The notes under the pieces: model-generated | The model's input: the letters and a program-made list of their open reading frames with translations, nothing else | The model's database searches: none | What the model was told of the DNA's origin: nothing | Position numbers and translations under genes: made by a program | In this document: positions 42,451 through 52,315 of the stretch, piece by piece | How the letters are laid out: every line of letters begins with the position of its first letter | Position numbering within the stretch: position 1 is the stretch's first letter | Assembly: GCA_964549735.1 (NCBI GenBank) | Contig: CAZJWO010000001.1 | Location: forward strand, 18,348 to 82,347 | Source: an uncultured Fibrobacteraceae bacterium | Lineage (GTDB): Bacteria; Krumholzibacteriota; Krumholzibacteriia; LZORAL124-64-63 | DNA: 64,000 nucleotides | Reading direction: 5' to 3'

Positions 42451-45400
42451 GGCAGCTCCCTGCGTTCCAGGCGCTGGCCGTCGGGCGCGCGACCGGTCGC
42501 CTCATGCAGCCGCTGGATCTCGCGGAAATATTCACGCACCAGTTCACGGTAGGCCGGCGGCGCCTCTTCGACGGCGCGCCAACGTCGCGCCTGCGCGGGC
42601 GCCGACTCGGGATCGGCGAGCTGCGGATCGCCCTGCTGGCGGGCATAGACCTCGTCGGCCGTGCGGCTCTCGCGCCGCCGCGCCCAGTCCCGCTCGCGCG
42701 AGGCGTTGTGCATGTCCAGCAGGCGCGAGAGGATGCGCTCCTGGCGGCGGAGCGTCTGTTCGGTGACCAACTCGCCGGCCAGCTCGTCGCCGACCTGCTC
42801 CATGTCCCGCGCGAGGGCGTCGAGGTCTCCCAGCAGCCGGCCACCCTCCTGCTGCTGCTGTTGCTGCCGCTGCTCTTCGGCGAGCTCGCGCGCGCGGCCC
42901 GCCAGACCCATCTGGTCCTGCTGCAGGCGCTGCATGCCGGCGCGCAGCTCCTGGCTGAGCCGGTTCTGCTGCTGGCGCAACTGCTCCGCCAGGGCGTTGA
43001 GGCCTGATTGCTCCTGCGCCATGTCTTGCAGCCGCTGGCTGAGTTGCGGCTGGGGTCGGCCACCGCTGCCGCCCTGGGTGTTGATCTGCGCCTGCGTCAG
43101 CAAACCGATGACCAGGTGGTTCATGGCGCCGAGCGCCGCGTCGGACCCCTGTCGGGCCGGCTGCACGCGGCCTTCCTGGATCTGCTGGAGATTCTGCCCG
43201 ACCTTCCGCACCAGTTCGTCCAGCTGCTCCAGCATGCGCAGCACCTCCCGCGGCGCGGCGGCGGCGGCGGCCTGCAGGCGTTCGTGCAGCCTGATGGTCC
43301 CCTGCAACACCACGTGCTGGCGGCGGGCGAGGTCGTCGCTGCGCACGTCGCGCAGCGTGGTCGGTAACTCCAGGCCCAGCCGCTCCTGGCGCTCGGACAG
43401 GGCCAGCAGATCGGCGGCGAGGTCGCGGAACTGCTGGCCCTGCTCCATGCGCATGGCCATCTGCATGGCGACCTGCGTGCGCAACAGGACGTGGTACAGT
43501 CCGGCCAGATCGGTCAGGGCCTGCTGCATCTGGGCGAGGGCCTCGTCGGACATCATGGTCAGGTTCTCGCTCGCCTCCCGCATGGTCTGTCTCGTCTGCC
43601 GCTCCTGGAGCTGTTGCAGCGCGTCGGCCAGGGCCTCGCGCATCTTCTCGGCCGCGGCGCTGCTGTCGTCGGCATCGCTCTGCTGCAGGGCCGCCAAGGC
43701 CTCCTCGAGCCGCTGCTCGAGTTCCTGCAGCTCGCGCGCCAGCGCTTCCTGCCGCCGCGCGAGGTCCGCGGCCGCCTCCTCGGCATCGCGGGACTGCTCT
43801 TGCCCCGATTGCTCCGAGTCCGCCCCGCCCTCGGCTTCGCTCTCGGCTTCGTTCTCGGCTTCGCTCCCCGGCTCGGTCCCGGTCTCTGTCCCGCTCTCGG
43901 CCTCGGCGCCAGCCGCCAGCTGCCGCTGCTGCTCCGCGAGCTCGTGCTGCTTGCGGATGAGTTCGGCCGCCAGCTCGGTCAACCCCTCCATCTGCTGCTC
44001 GCGCTCCAGATCCCGCAGCAGCCCGCGCGCGGCTTCCATGCGGCGCAGCAGGTCGACCTGGTTGCGCTGCAGCTCGTCCATCGCGGTCATCAGCTCGCGC
44101 GGCGTCATCTCGGCGAGCGCCTCGCGCATGCGTTCGAGCGCCTCGCGCAGGCCTTCGTTGCGCGGCTGCGACAGCAGTTCGGCGAGACGGTCCATGCGGT
44201 CCATGAGCTGCGGCGTGATCAGACGCTGGTCACCCAGCGCCTCGAGATCCTGCCGCATGGTCTCCGCCAGGCGCGCGAGCTCGGCCTGCAGATCCTGCTG
44301 GCGCTGGATGGTCGCCTGCAGGAGCTGGCGGCGATCCCATTGCGGCACGGGATGCCGCAGCAGCTCGCGGCGCAACCGCTCCAGCTCGTCGCTCAGGGAC
44401 GTGGACTTGCGCAGCATGTCGGCGAAGTCTTCGCGGCTGGCCGCCTGGGACTCCTCACGGGCGCGCAGCTGCTCGAGGCTCGAGGGCACGCGCAGGCGCA
44501 GGATCGCCGAACGCCCCACGCCCGGCGGCCCCGGCTCGCGATTGTCGAGCGCCTCGACCCGCAGTTCGACGACATCGCCCGGCACGAGCGCCAGGCCGCC
44601 GGGCTCGAGGGTCAGATCCACGAGCACGGCGGCGGGATCGGCGGGCCGCGCCGACAGCGCCAGCGGGAGCCGGCCGAGGTGCGTGGCGATCTCGCGCCGG
44701 CCGCCGTGGGGCGCGCCCGCCGCGTCGAGCAACGCGATGCGCTGCCAGCCGCCGTCGTCATCGGGCTCCCGCTCGGCCGCCGCCCCCTGGCCGCGGCGCG
44801 ACGCGCCGCGATCCCAGCCGCGGCGCAACAGCAGATCGACGGCGACCAGGCCGTAGTCGTCCTGCGCGGCCGCCTGCAGCTCGAGGCTCGCCGTCAGCGG
44901 CAACTGATCGCCGCCGCCGAGGCGCTGCAAGCTCGCGCTCGGCACGCGATCGACGATGACGGCGACGTCGTACTCCAGCTCGCTGCGACCGACCAGACCG
45001 AACGTGTCTCGCAGGACCGGTCGCAGGCGCAGATGCTCGGTCACCGTCCAGGCGCCCTGGAGCGCATCGGCGCGCACGGCGAGCGCGAGGGTGTCGCCCG
45101 CGCCGGTGGCGAGCGCGGCCGCGGCGAGCGGGTGGTTCGCGCGGCCGTTGAGCTCGAGCCGGCTGCCGTGGGGCACCTCGAGGTAGGCGGGCATTCGCGC
45201 GAGGTCCTGCGCCGGCAGTCCCGTGTAGGCGGGGGGAGCGATGCGGGCGGCGAGGTCCAACAACAGCGGCGGGTGCATGACCAGGAGCGCGCGCTCGTCC
45301 GAGACGCGCTGGCCGCGGCGGAACCGGTAGACCAGGTCCTCCGTCACGTCGCGCAGGGACGCCTCCCAGCGCTCGTACGGCGCGCCCGCACCAAGGCCGT

Positions 45401-46154
45401 CAGCCGCCGCCACCACCGGCAGCGCCACCTGACGGCGCCAAAGGCCCGAACCGGCCCGCACCTCGCAATGGACGGGCTCGCTGCCGCCGTGCAGGTCGAG
45501 CGCGGCCACCACGACATCCTCGCCCGCGACGAGCTGACGCGGGCCCGGCGCCAGACGGAGGCTGCCCGGCGCCACGGCGTCGGCGTCCCGCCAGGGGTGC
45601 CGCACGGCCTGCCAGCCGCGCTGCAGGATCTCCGGCCGGGCGAGGTCCAGCCAGGCTCCGGCCGCCAGCACGACGACGAGCAGCCCGAACATGGTCGCCG
45701 GACGCCACACGGGCACCAGCCGCGGCAGATCGAGGTCGTCGAGCAACCGCGCGCCACGCGCCAGCAGGCGATCGACCAGCGCCCGGCGCACGGGCGTGTC
45801 GGCGCGCCAGCGCTCGGGACGGCGCAGCGCTTCCTCGGCGGCGGCCAGGGTATCGGCGAGGCCGCCGGCGCGGTCGCAGTGGCGGGCCAGCGCCGTGCGC
45901 GTACGCAGGAGCCGCCAGGCGCGGCGCAGCGCCGGCAGCACGACCGCGACAGCCAGCGCCCCGCCGCTGAGCAGCAGCCCCCAGCGCAACCAGCGCGGCG
46001 GCGCGAACCACCCCAGGACGACCAGCCACACGAGCAGCGCCAGGCCGCCGACCGCCAGCGCGGCCACCAGGCCGTGCACGAGCCAGCGGCCGCGGGCGGC
46101 GCGCTGCACGCGGCGGAAGCGTTCGTCGCATCGTTGCTGCAGTTCGCGGTCCAT
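42447..46154 (-). CDS. DUF4175-like membrane-anchored protein with a very long coiled-coil / Glu-Gln-rich region (1235 aa)
   Basis: Two N-terminal TM helices. An extended heptad region (…ELQELEQRLEEALAALQQ…) with an acidic low-complexity stretch. Confidence 0.7.
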   Translation of the reverse strand: MDRELQQRCDERFRRVQRAARGRWLVHGLVAALAVGGLALLVWLVVLGWFAPPRWLRWGLLLSGGALAVAVVLPALRRAWRLLRTRTALARHCDRAGGLADTLAAAEEALRRPERWRADTPVRRALVDRLLARGARLLDDLDLPRLVPVWRPATMFGLLVVVLAAGAWLDLARPEILQRGWQAVRHPWRDADAVAPGSLRLAPGPRQLVAGEDVVVAALDLHGGSEPVHCEVRAGSGLWRRQVALPVVAAADGLGAGAPYERWEASLRDVTEDLVYRFRRGQRVSDERALLVMHPPLLLDLAARIAPPAYTGLPAQDLARMPAYLEVPHGSRLELNGRANHPLAAAALATGAGDTLALAVRADALQGAWTVTEHLRLRPVLRDTFGLVGRSELEYDVAVIVDRVPSASLQRLGGGDQLPLTASLELQAAAQDDYGLVAVDLLLRRGWDRGASRRGQGAAAEREPDDDGGWQRIALLDAAGAPHGGRREIATHLGRLPLALSARPADPAAVLVDLTLEPGGLALVPGDVVELRVEALDNREPGPPGVGRSAILRLRVPSSLEQLRAREESQAASREDFADMLRKSTSLSDELERLRRELLRHPVPQWDRRQLLQATIQRQQDLQAELARLAETMRQDLEALGDQRLITPQLMDRMDRLAELLSQPRNEGLREALERMREALAEMTPRELMTAMDELQRNQVDLLRRMEAARGLLRDLEREQQMEGLTELAAELIRKQHELAEQQRQLAAGAEAESGTETGTEPGSEAENEAESEAEGGADSEQSGQEQSRDAEEAAADLARRQEALARELQELEQRLEEALAALQQSDADDSSAAAEKMREALADALQQLQERQTRQTMREASENLTMMSDEALAQMQQALTDLAGLYHVLLRTQVAMQMAMRMEQGQQFRDLAADLLALSERQERLGLELPTTLRDVRSDDLARRQHVVLQGTIRLHERLQAAAAAAPREVLRMLEQLDELVRKVGQNLQQIQEGRVQPARQGSDAALGAMNHLVIGLLTQAQINTQGGSGGRPQPQLSQRLQDMAQEQSGLNALAEQLRQQQNRLSQELRAGMQRLQQDQMGLAGRARELAEEQRQQQQQQEGGRLLGDLDALARDMEQVGDELAGELVTEQTLRRQERILSRLLDMHNASRERDWARRRESRTADEVYARQQGDPQLADPESAPAQARRWRAVEEAPPAYRELVREYFREIQRLHEATGRAPDGQRLERRELP

Positions 46155-46194
46155 GCGCCTCGTTCGCGTTACGGGGTCCGTCGCCCGGTTCGTC

Positions 46195-46929
46195 TCAAGG
46201 ATGCGTCAGGGCGTACATCAGGATGTTGCAGGCCATGCGGATCGCCGCCTCGCGGACCTCCGGCGGATTGCCGTGCACCTCGGGGTCTTCGAGACCGTCG
46301 CCGATGTCGCTGGACCAGCTGTAGTAGATAACAAGCCGACCGCCCCGCTGGATCCCGAAACCTTGCGCCGGATGTCCGTCGTGCACGTGGATCTTGGGCA
46401 GGCCGGGCAGCTCGTAGAAGGCGGAGTAGATGGGATGCTCGCTGCCGATCGGCAGCAGCTCGAGCTCGGGATATAGCCGCGCCACGAGCTCGCGGAACGA
46501 CGCGTCCAGCCCGTAGTTGTCGTCGGCGTAGAGAAAGCCGCCCGCTTCGAGGTAGCGGCGCAGCTCGTCGACCTCGGCGTCGCTCAGGCCGATCCGGCCG
46601 TGCCCCGAGACGTAGAGCAGCGGATAGCGGTAGAGGTCTTCGCTGTCGAGGGTGACGACCGCTTCGGTCGCGGCCGTGGGGATGCCGGTGCGCGCCTGGA
46701 ATTCCCGCAGCCAGTTGGGCAGGCTGCTGGGATCGCAGTACCAGTCGCCGCCGCCGCCGTAACGCAGGCGGGCCAGCCGCACCTCGGGCTCCTCGCCGCC
46801 GCCCGGCAGCTGGGCGCTCGCCGGCCGGGCGCCGAGCGCCGGGGCCAGCATGACCAGCGCGATCAGCAGCCTGCCGCCGGGCTGCAGCCGGCGGATCGAT
46901 GCCGGAAACGATCGCATGCGTTCTCTCAC
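46195..46929 (-). CDS. DUF4159-like secreted protein (GATase1-like fold)
   Basis: Signal peptide. Motif RLRYGGGGDWYCDPSSLPNWL…GGFLYADD. ATGA overlap with the upstream kinase gene. Confidence 0.7.
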   Translation of the reverse strand: MRERMRSFPASIRRLQPGGRLLIALVMLAPALGARPASAQLPGGGEEPEVRLARLRYGGGGDWYCDPSSLPNWLREFQARTGIPTAATEAVVTLDSEDLYRYPLLYVSGHGRIGLSDAEVDELRRYLEAGGFLYADDNYGLDASFRELVARLYPELELLPIGSEHPIYSAFYELPGLPKIHVHDGHPAQGFGIQRGGRLVIYYSWSSDIGDGLEDPEVHGNPPEVREAAIRMACNILMYALTHP

Positions 46930-49900
46930 GGATCCGTTGCGGTGCCCCGGGGCTCGGCCGCAGTGTCCACCCGGTCGGCCCGCGGCAGCACGACCGCCAC
47001 CTCCGTACCGGGGCCATCGTCCCGGTTGGCGAGGCTGATGCCGCCGCCCATCATGTTCAGCAGGTTGCGGCAGATGGCCAGCCCCAGACCGGTGCCTTTG
47101 CTCTTCGTGGAAAAATAGGGGTCAAAAAGTCGGCTGGCCACCTCGGGCGTCAATCCGCTGCCGTTGTCGCGCCACAGCAGGGTGACCGCCTGCGGCGCGA
47201 CCCGCCAGGCGACGTCGACCGTGAGATCGCCCGGCGCGGCCACGGCGTCCAGGCTGTTCTGCATGAGGTTGCCGAGGATCTTGATCAGCGACTCGCGGTG
47301 GCCCAGGACCGGCGGCACGCCCTGACCGTCGATCCGCACGCGCAGCGGCGCCGTCGCGGCGATCCCTCCCCGATAGCCGGCGACGACCTCGCCGACCAGG
47401 CCGGGCAGGTCGACTGCGGCGCACGCGAGCTTGCCCGGTCGTCCCAGCAGCATGAATTCGCCTGCGATCGAGCGCAGCAGCTCGACCTGTTCGACGATCC
47501 TCTGGACGGCGTCGGCGACGATCTCGTCCAGCTGTGGATGGCGGTCCTGGTAGGCTTGCAACAGCAGCTGCGCCGACAATTGGATGGGCGTCAGGGGATT
47601 CTTGATCTCGTGGGCGACCTGGCGCGCCAGCTCGGCGTTGAGCGCCGACTTCTTGGCGGCGAGGAAGTCGGTGAGGTCCTCGCACACGAGCAACTCGTGC
47701 GGCGAGGCGTCGCCCAGCTCGAGCGGCGCCAGCCCCACGCGCAGCGTACGCTCCCCGTCGCCGCTGGTCAGAGCGCCGCCGTCGGGCGCCAGCTGCCCTC
47801 GCACGTCCGAACGCAAACGGAGCGCCCAATCGGCGGGGTCGTGGGCCGCCGGCAGTTCCGGATAGAAGCGCGCCAGGATCGTCGCCGCGGCCGGATTCCA
47901 GGCCGCCAGCCGGCCGCCCGCATCCCAGACCACGACGCCGACCGGCACCTGGTCGAGCACGGCTTGCAGGAACCGCTCCCGGTCCGCCAGGACGGCCTGG
48001 GCCTCGCGCAGGCGATCGCGCATCGTCGCGAAGCCGCCGGCCAGCCGGCCCACCTCGTCGGCGCCCGCCGGCGGCAGGGGCGCGCCGTAGTCGCCGGCGG
48101 CCAGCTGATGGGTCGCGCCCAGCAGCACGCGCAGCGGTTCGAAGATGTTCCAGGTCAGCACCATCGCCAGGCCGAAGGCCGCCAGCAGGAGCAGCGTGAT
48201 GAGGCCGGCCAGGAAGAGCGCCATGTAGCGCCGCTGCGCCATGTAGTCCCGTTCGCGCGCCGGGAATTCGACCGCCAGGATCGCCGGCAACGCGCGGCGC
48301 TGCAGACCTTCGGGCGCGGTCAGCGTGAGCGCCGGCAGCGCCAGCCCGCCGGTGAAGGCCAGCCCGCCCGGCCAGGCCCGCAGCCCGGGTTGGCTGGGCC
48401 GGCGGTGGAACGACTCCATGAGCTGCGGCGGCGCGAGCAGCGGGTTCTCGCCGCTGAGGATGCGTCCCGGATGGCTCGCCTCGACGACCTCGCCGTCCAG
48501 GCGCAGGGTGATCTCCCCGCCGATGACCTCGGCCAGCGCGGGCAGCAGGTGATGGTCCACCCGCTGGCGATAGAACAGGTTGCCGGTCGTGTGGGGCGGC
48601 TCGAGGATGCCGGTCAGGTCCTGCGGGATGAGCACGCCCAGGTAGAGCCCCTCCGGCTGCGCCATGACCACCAAGGGGCTCTCGCGCGCCGCCGCCAGCA
48701 GGAGCTGCGCCTGCGCCGCGTCGAGATCGCTCAGGGTCTCGTCGAGCAGCAGCTCGCCGTCCGGTCCGAAGACCATGCTCTGGCGCATGGTCTGCGGGCC
48801 GAGCGGGCGCTCGGCCGCCAGCCTGCCCGCCAGCAGTTCATCGAGGTACTCGCTGCCGGCCAGGGCCCGCGCCTGCTCGGTCAACAGGCCGTGCAGCTGG
48901 CCCACCGCCGTGATCAGCCCGTCACGGGCGCGCTGGCGGGCCTCGCGGTCGATGCGCTGGAACGTCTGCCGATCGGCGAGGCTGCCGGCCACCAGCAGCA
49001 GGACGACGCCGATCGCGAGGTAGCCGAGCAGGAAGCGGCCCTGGAAGCCCGGCTGCCAGCGGCGGCGGCGGCGCACGACCGCGCTCGCCACGACGCAGCC
49101 GCCGAGCAGCAGCACGTCCAGCAACAGGAGGCGTCCGACGTCGAGCAGGGTGTCCACGACGCTCGGGCGCTGCAGGCCGATGAGAAAACCCGCCGCAGCG
49201 CCGTCCTCGCCGTCCGCGGGTAGCGGCGCCCAGCGGCAGAGCCACCGGCTGCCGTCCACGTCGACGACGGCCCAGGCGACCTGCCCGGCGCGCAAGGCGG
49301 CGATGCGGCGCTCCGCGTCCGCGTCCGGCAGCTCGGCGAAACCCGCGTCCAACCAGCCGCTGTCATCGCCCAGCAGAAGGAGCAACGGACGCTCGACCTC
49401 GACGCGCGGGCGATAGCCGCCAGCGCGCGGGCCTTCCCACTCGGGCCGCCCCCCGGCGACGGTCGCGACGCGCCAAGATTGCACGGGCAACTCCAGCCGC
49501 AGCCAGCCGCGCTCGGAGGCGCGCGGAATCTCGCCGCGCAGGATCCTCTCGCGCCCCGTCGGGTAGCGCCGCGTTTCGCTCTGCACGAACACCGCGTTGC
49601 CGGCGGCCGCGGAGCGGTCGCCGCCGGCGAGATCGCGCCAGGGGTCGGCCGCGACGACCTCGTACTGGGTGTCGCGAAGGAACCCGGTGGCGAAATGCGA
49701 CGTGCGGAATCCGTCCTCGTCGAACACCTCCACCAGCGCCGGCAGGCCGAGGTCGCGCACGGCGGAACTCTGCCAGAGCCGGTAGGCGGGCAGACTGCGG
49801 CGCAAGGGACCGCTGCCGCCTCCGGCCGCCGCGGGATCCTGCCCGCCGGCATCCTGCATCGCCATCTCGCTGAGCACGTCCTCGAGCAGGAAACCGATCC

Positions 49901-51527
49901 AGTCGTCCTGCGGCTGGACGATCTGTTCGGCCTTGCGCGCCAGCCAGTCCCGTTCGGACTGGCTGTACGCGTGCGAGAGGGCGGCGTAGTTGAACAGCAC
50001 GACCAGCAGGAAACCTGCGGCGAGCCAGTACGGCCGGGCCGCCGAACGCAGTCCCGCCGGCAGCCCGCCGGCCAGTCGCACCGCCAGGAGCAGCAGCACG
50101 AGGGCCGCGCTCAGCGAGAACAGGAGGATGACCGCGTGCAACGCCCAGAACGTCCAGGCGTCGAGCGGGACCTGCTCGCCGATCAGGCGCGCGTTGGAAT
50201 TGGCCGCCAGCTCCTGCCACAGTCGCCACAGCCCGCGCAGCAGCCAGACCGTCGCCGGCAGCCAGAACACCAGGAGCCAGAGCCGGCGCGGCGCAGCGGC
50301 CGTCGCCTGCTGCGGCCGCCAGCTCCGCCAGACCCAGAACGCCGTGCCGGCGGCCAGCATAGCGCTCAAGACGGCGTCCGCTCCCGAAGCCAGCCAGCCG
50401 CGGCCGAACGTGGTGGCGAAGTACGCGGGGTCGAGCAGACTGGCCGCCTGCCGCGGCGCCGCCGGCAACTGGCTGGCCGGCAGCAGCAGAGCCAGGCCGC
50501 GGACGAGGTCGGTCTGCACCCAGATCCAGCGGACCAGCCAGGCGGCGGGCCAGAATCCGGCCGCCGCGCCCATCGCGCCGGACCAGGCCAGGACGATGGC
50601 GCCCAGCAGGAAATTGCGCGCGAGATCGCGCCGCGCGACGCGACGGTCGTCCTGCATCGCGCGCGGCGGAACCTGCGCGCTGAAGCGCAGCCGCGGCGCG
50701 ACGCCGAAGCCGTCGGCCGGTCCCAGGACGAGATCCTCGACCACCCGCAGACCGCGCGCGGCGTCGCCCCAGCTGCGGCGCCCGTGGGGCCGCGCGTCGC
50801 GCACCACCTGGCGCTGGATCGCCGCCTCGCTCTGCAGTGCGGCCGGCCGTTGTTCGACGCGCGCCAGGCGCAGCTGGCATTCCAGCCGCAGGGGCGCGGC
50901 GTCCGGCGCCTCCGCCAGTTCCCGCAGCACCCACCAGCGATCGTCGTGGAAGAGGCGGCGCGGCTCGGCCGTGTCCGCTTCGGCGATCGGCACCACCGGC
51001 CCCGCCCAGCCCAGGCGCTGTCCGTCACGCCACAGGACCACGCCCAGGCTGTCGTCGACGCCCGCGCCGTGCGCGGCCGCCCATTCGCGCACCCAGGCGG
51101 CGCAGAGGCGGAACGGATCATCCCCTTGCCCCTGCGGATCGGCGAGCGCGGCCAGGGACCGCGTCGCGAATTCGGGCAGGCCCGTCAGGCGGGCCTCGGC
51201 CTGGGCGACGACGATGTCCAGCTCCTGGCGGGCGCGCTCCTCCTGCAAGCGCACCCAGGTCGCATCGTCGGCCGAACGCCCCAGCAGCGGCCCGGCCACG
51301 AGCGCCGCGTAGGCTCCGCAGAGACCGGCCAGCAGGGCCCAGAGCCAGCGCCGCGCCTCCGGCCGGATCGCCGCCGCGGCGGCGAGGAAGGCGCCGCCGA
51401 GGGCGGCGCCGAGCAGGATGTAGGTCCCCAGGTTGACGCCGGTCTGCGGACGGACGCCGATCGCCACGAGCGCCAGGATGGTCGCGGCGGCGGCCGTCCG
51501 GTGCGGGCGGAAACGATAGCGCCCCAT
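46926..51527 (-). CDS. Giant multi-TM sensor histidine kinase (1533 aa): roughly 1100-aa membrane/periplasmic sensor region + HAMP + PAS + HisKA + HATPase_c. No receiver domain.
   Basis: Multiple TM clusters. HAMP domain (…AGDYGAPLPPAGADEVGRLAGGFATM…). H-box ARQVAHEIKNPLTPI. HATPase motifs (RDNGSGL, GTGLGLAI). Confidence 0.85.
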   Translation of the reverse strand: MGRYRFRPHRTAAAATILALVAIGVRPQTGVNLGTYILLGAALGGAFLAAAAAIRPEARRWLWALLAGLCGAYAALVAGPLLGRSADDATWVRLQEERARQELDIVVAQAEARLTGLPEFATRSLAALADPQGQGDDPFRLCAAWVREWAAAHGAGVDDSLGVVLWRDGQRLGWAGPVVPIAEADTAEPRRLFHDDRWWVLRELAEAPDAAPLRLECQLRLARVEQRPAALQSEAAIQRQVVRDARPHGRRSWGDAARGLRVVEDLVLGPADGFGVAPRLRFSAQVPPRAMQDDRRVARRDLARNFLLGAIVLAWSGAMGAAAGFWPAAWLVRWIWVQTDLVRGLALLLPASQLPAAPRQAASLLDPAYFATTFGRGWLASGADAVLSAMLAAGTAFWVWRSWRPQQATAAAPRRLWLLVFWLPATVWLLRGLWRLWQELAANSNARLIGEQVPLDAWTFWALHAVILLFSLSAALVLLLLAVRLAGGLPAGLRSAARPYWLAAGFLLVVLFNYAALSHAYSQSERDWLARKAEQIVQPQDDWIGFLLEDVLSEMAMQDAGGQDPAAAGGGSGPLRRSLPAYRLWQSSAVRDLGLPALVEVFDEDGFRTSHFATGFLRDTQYEVVAADPWRDLAGGDRSAAAGNAVFVQSETRRYPTGRERILRGEIPRASERGWLRLELPVQSWRVATVAGGRPEWEGPRAGGYRPRVEVERPLLLLLGDDSGWLDAGFAELPDADAERRIAALRAGQVAWAVVDVDGSRWLCRWAPLPADGEDGAAAGFLIGLQRPSVVDTLLDVGRLLLLDVLLLGGCVVASAVVRRRRRWQPGFQGRFLLGYLAIGVVLLLVAGSLADRQTFQRIDREARQRARDGLITAVGQLHGLLTEQARALAGSEYLDELLAGRLAAERPLGPQTMRQSMVFGPDGELLLDETLSDLDAAQAQLLLAAARESPLVVMAQPEGLYLGVLIPQDLTGILEPPHTTGNLFYRQRVDHHLLPALAEVIGGEITLRLDGEVVEASHPGRILSGENPLLAPPQLMESFHRRPSQPGLRAWPGGLAFTGGLALPALTLTAPEGLQRRALPAILAVEFPARERDYMAQRRYMALFLAGLITLLLLAAFGLAMVLTWNIFEPLRVLLGATHQLAAGDYGAPLPPAGADEVGRLAGGFATMRDRLREAQAVLADRERFLQAVLDQVPVGVVVWDAGGRLAAWNPAAATILARFYPELPAAHDPADWALRLRSDVRGQLAPDGGALTSGDGERTLRVGLAPLELGDASPHELLVCEDLTDFLAAKKSALNAELARQVAHEIKNPLTPIQLSAQLLLQAYQDRHPQLDEIVADAVQRIVEQVELLRSIAGEFMLLGRPGKLACAAVDLPGLVGEVVAGYRGGIAATAPLRVRIDGQGVPPVLGHRESLIKILGNLMQNSLDAVAAPGDLTVDVAWRVAPQAVTLLWRDNGSGLTPEVASRLFDPYFSTKSKGTGLGLAICRNLLNMMGGGISLANRDDGPGTEVAVVLPRADRVDTAAEPRGTATDP

Positions 51528-51549
51528 CAGGCCGGGTCCTTTCGCGAGG

Positions 51550-52050
51550 TCAACCGCCGCGCAGGGCCGTGATCTCGGACACCCGCCATTGGCCCTCGGC
51601 GCGGACCACGGTAAAGAGCAGGCGATGGCTGCCGGCGCGCCCGCTATCCGAGCGTTCCCAGTGCCAGACCGCGACCGCGTGCAGGCGATCCGGACCCGTC
51701 ATCTGCTGCCTGATGAAGCTGAAACGCAGCGTGCGCCGCAGCTGGAAGAGGTTCTTGAAGTAGTAGTGGGCCTGCGCGGGCGTCATGACGCTGGTGCGGT
51801 CGACCTGCGGACCGAGGCTGACGACGATCCCATCAGGGTGGATGAGCGCCACGAGGTCCTCGTGGTCGCCGCTCGTGAAGGCCAGGCTCAGGCGGCTGAG
51901 TATGGGCGCGACGTCGGCCGGCACGTCATCGGCCGCGATGACGACCCTGGCCGCGGCGGACCCCGTCGCGAGCGACACCAGGAGCGCCGCGAGCGCCGTC
52001 GCCAGGCCGTGGATGCTGCGTGCTCGCGCTTGCGGCTGCGTGCGAACCAT
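51550..52050 (-). CDS. Secreted SnoaL-like/DUF4440 (NTF2-fold) protein
   Basis: Signal peptide MVRTQPQARARSIHGLATALAALLVSLATGSAAA. The NTF2-like core ends …QWRVSEITALRGG. Confidence 0.55.
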   Translation of the reverse strand: MVRTQPQARARSIHGLATALAALLVSLATGSAAARVVIAADDVPADVAPILSRLSLAFTSGDHEDLVALIHPDGIVVSLGPQVDRTSVMTPAQAHYYFKNLFQLRRTLRFSFIRQQMTGPDRLHAVAVWHWERSDSGRAGSHRLLFTVVRAEGQWRVSEITALRGG

Positions 52051-52265
52051 GTCCCCTGCCTCGACCTCGCCGGCGGGGCGCACCCCCGCGTTGCGCCCCC
52101 GGGTGGATGTCGCAATCGCCATGCCAGGGGCGGCCGCGATCCATTGTACCGCAGGCCCGCGCCGCAAGCCAGTCCGGTGTCCGCCGGCGGCCGCAAAACG
52201 ACCTCCGCCGGAGACAGCCCGCCTGCCCGACGCCAGCGCCACCACGACCGGCCCACGCGCGCGAA

Positions 52266-52292
52266 CGCCCCCGGTCTTGCGGACCGGGGGCG
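52266..52292 (-). terminator. Hairpin after secF
   Basis: CGCCCCCGGTC-ttgcg-GACCGGGGGCG, 11-bp stem. Confidence 0.45.
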
Positions 52293-52315
52293 GCGCTCAG
52301 GACCGGGCGAACCGC

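Noticed and set aside
42504-46476. Plus-strand ORFs (for example 42661..44856, 43491..46331) inside the DUF4175-like region
   Set aside because: Antisense to a coherent minus-strand operon. Low-complexity Ser/Arg/Ala translation.
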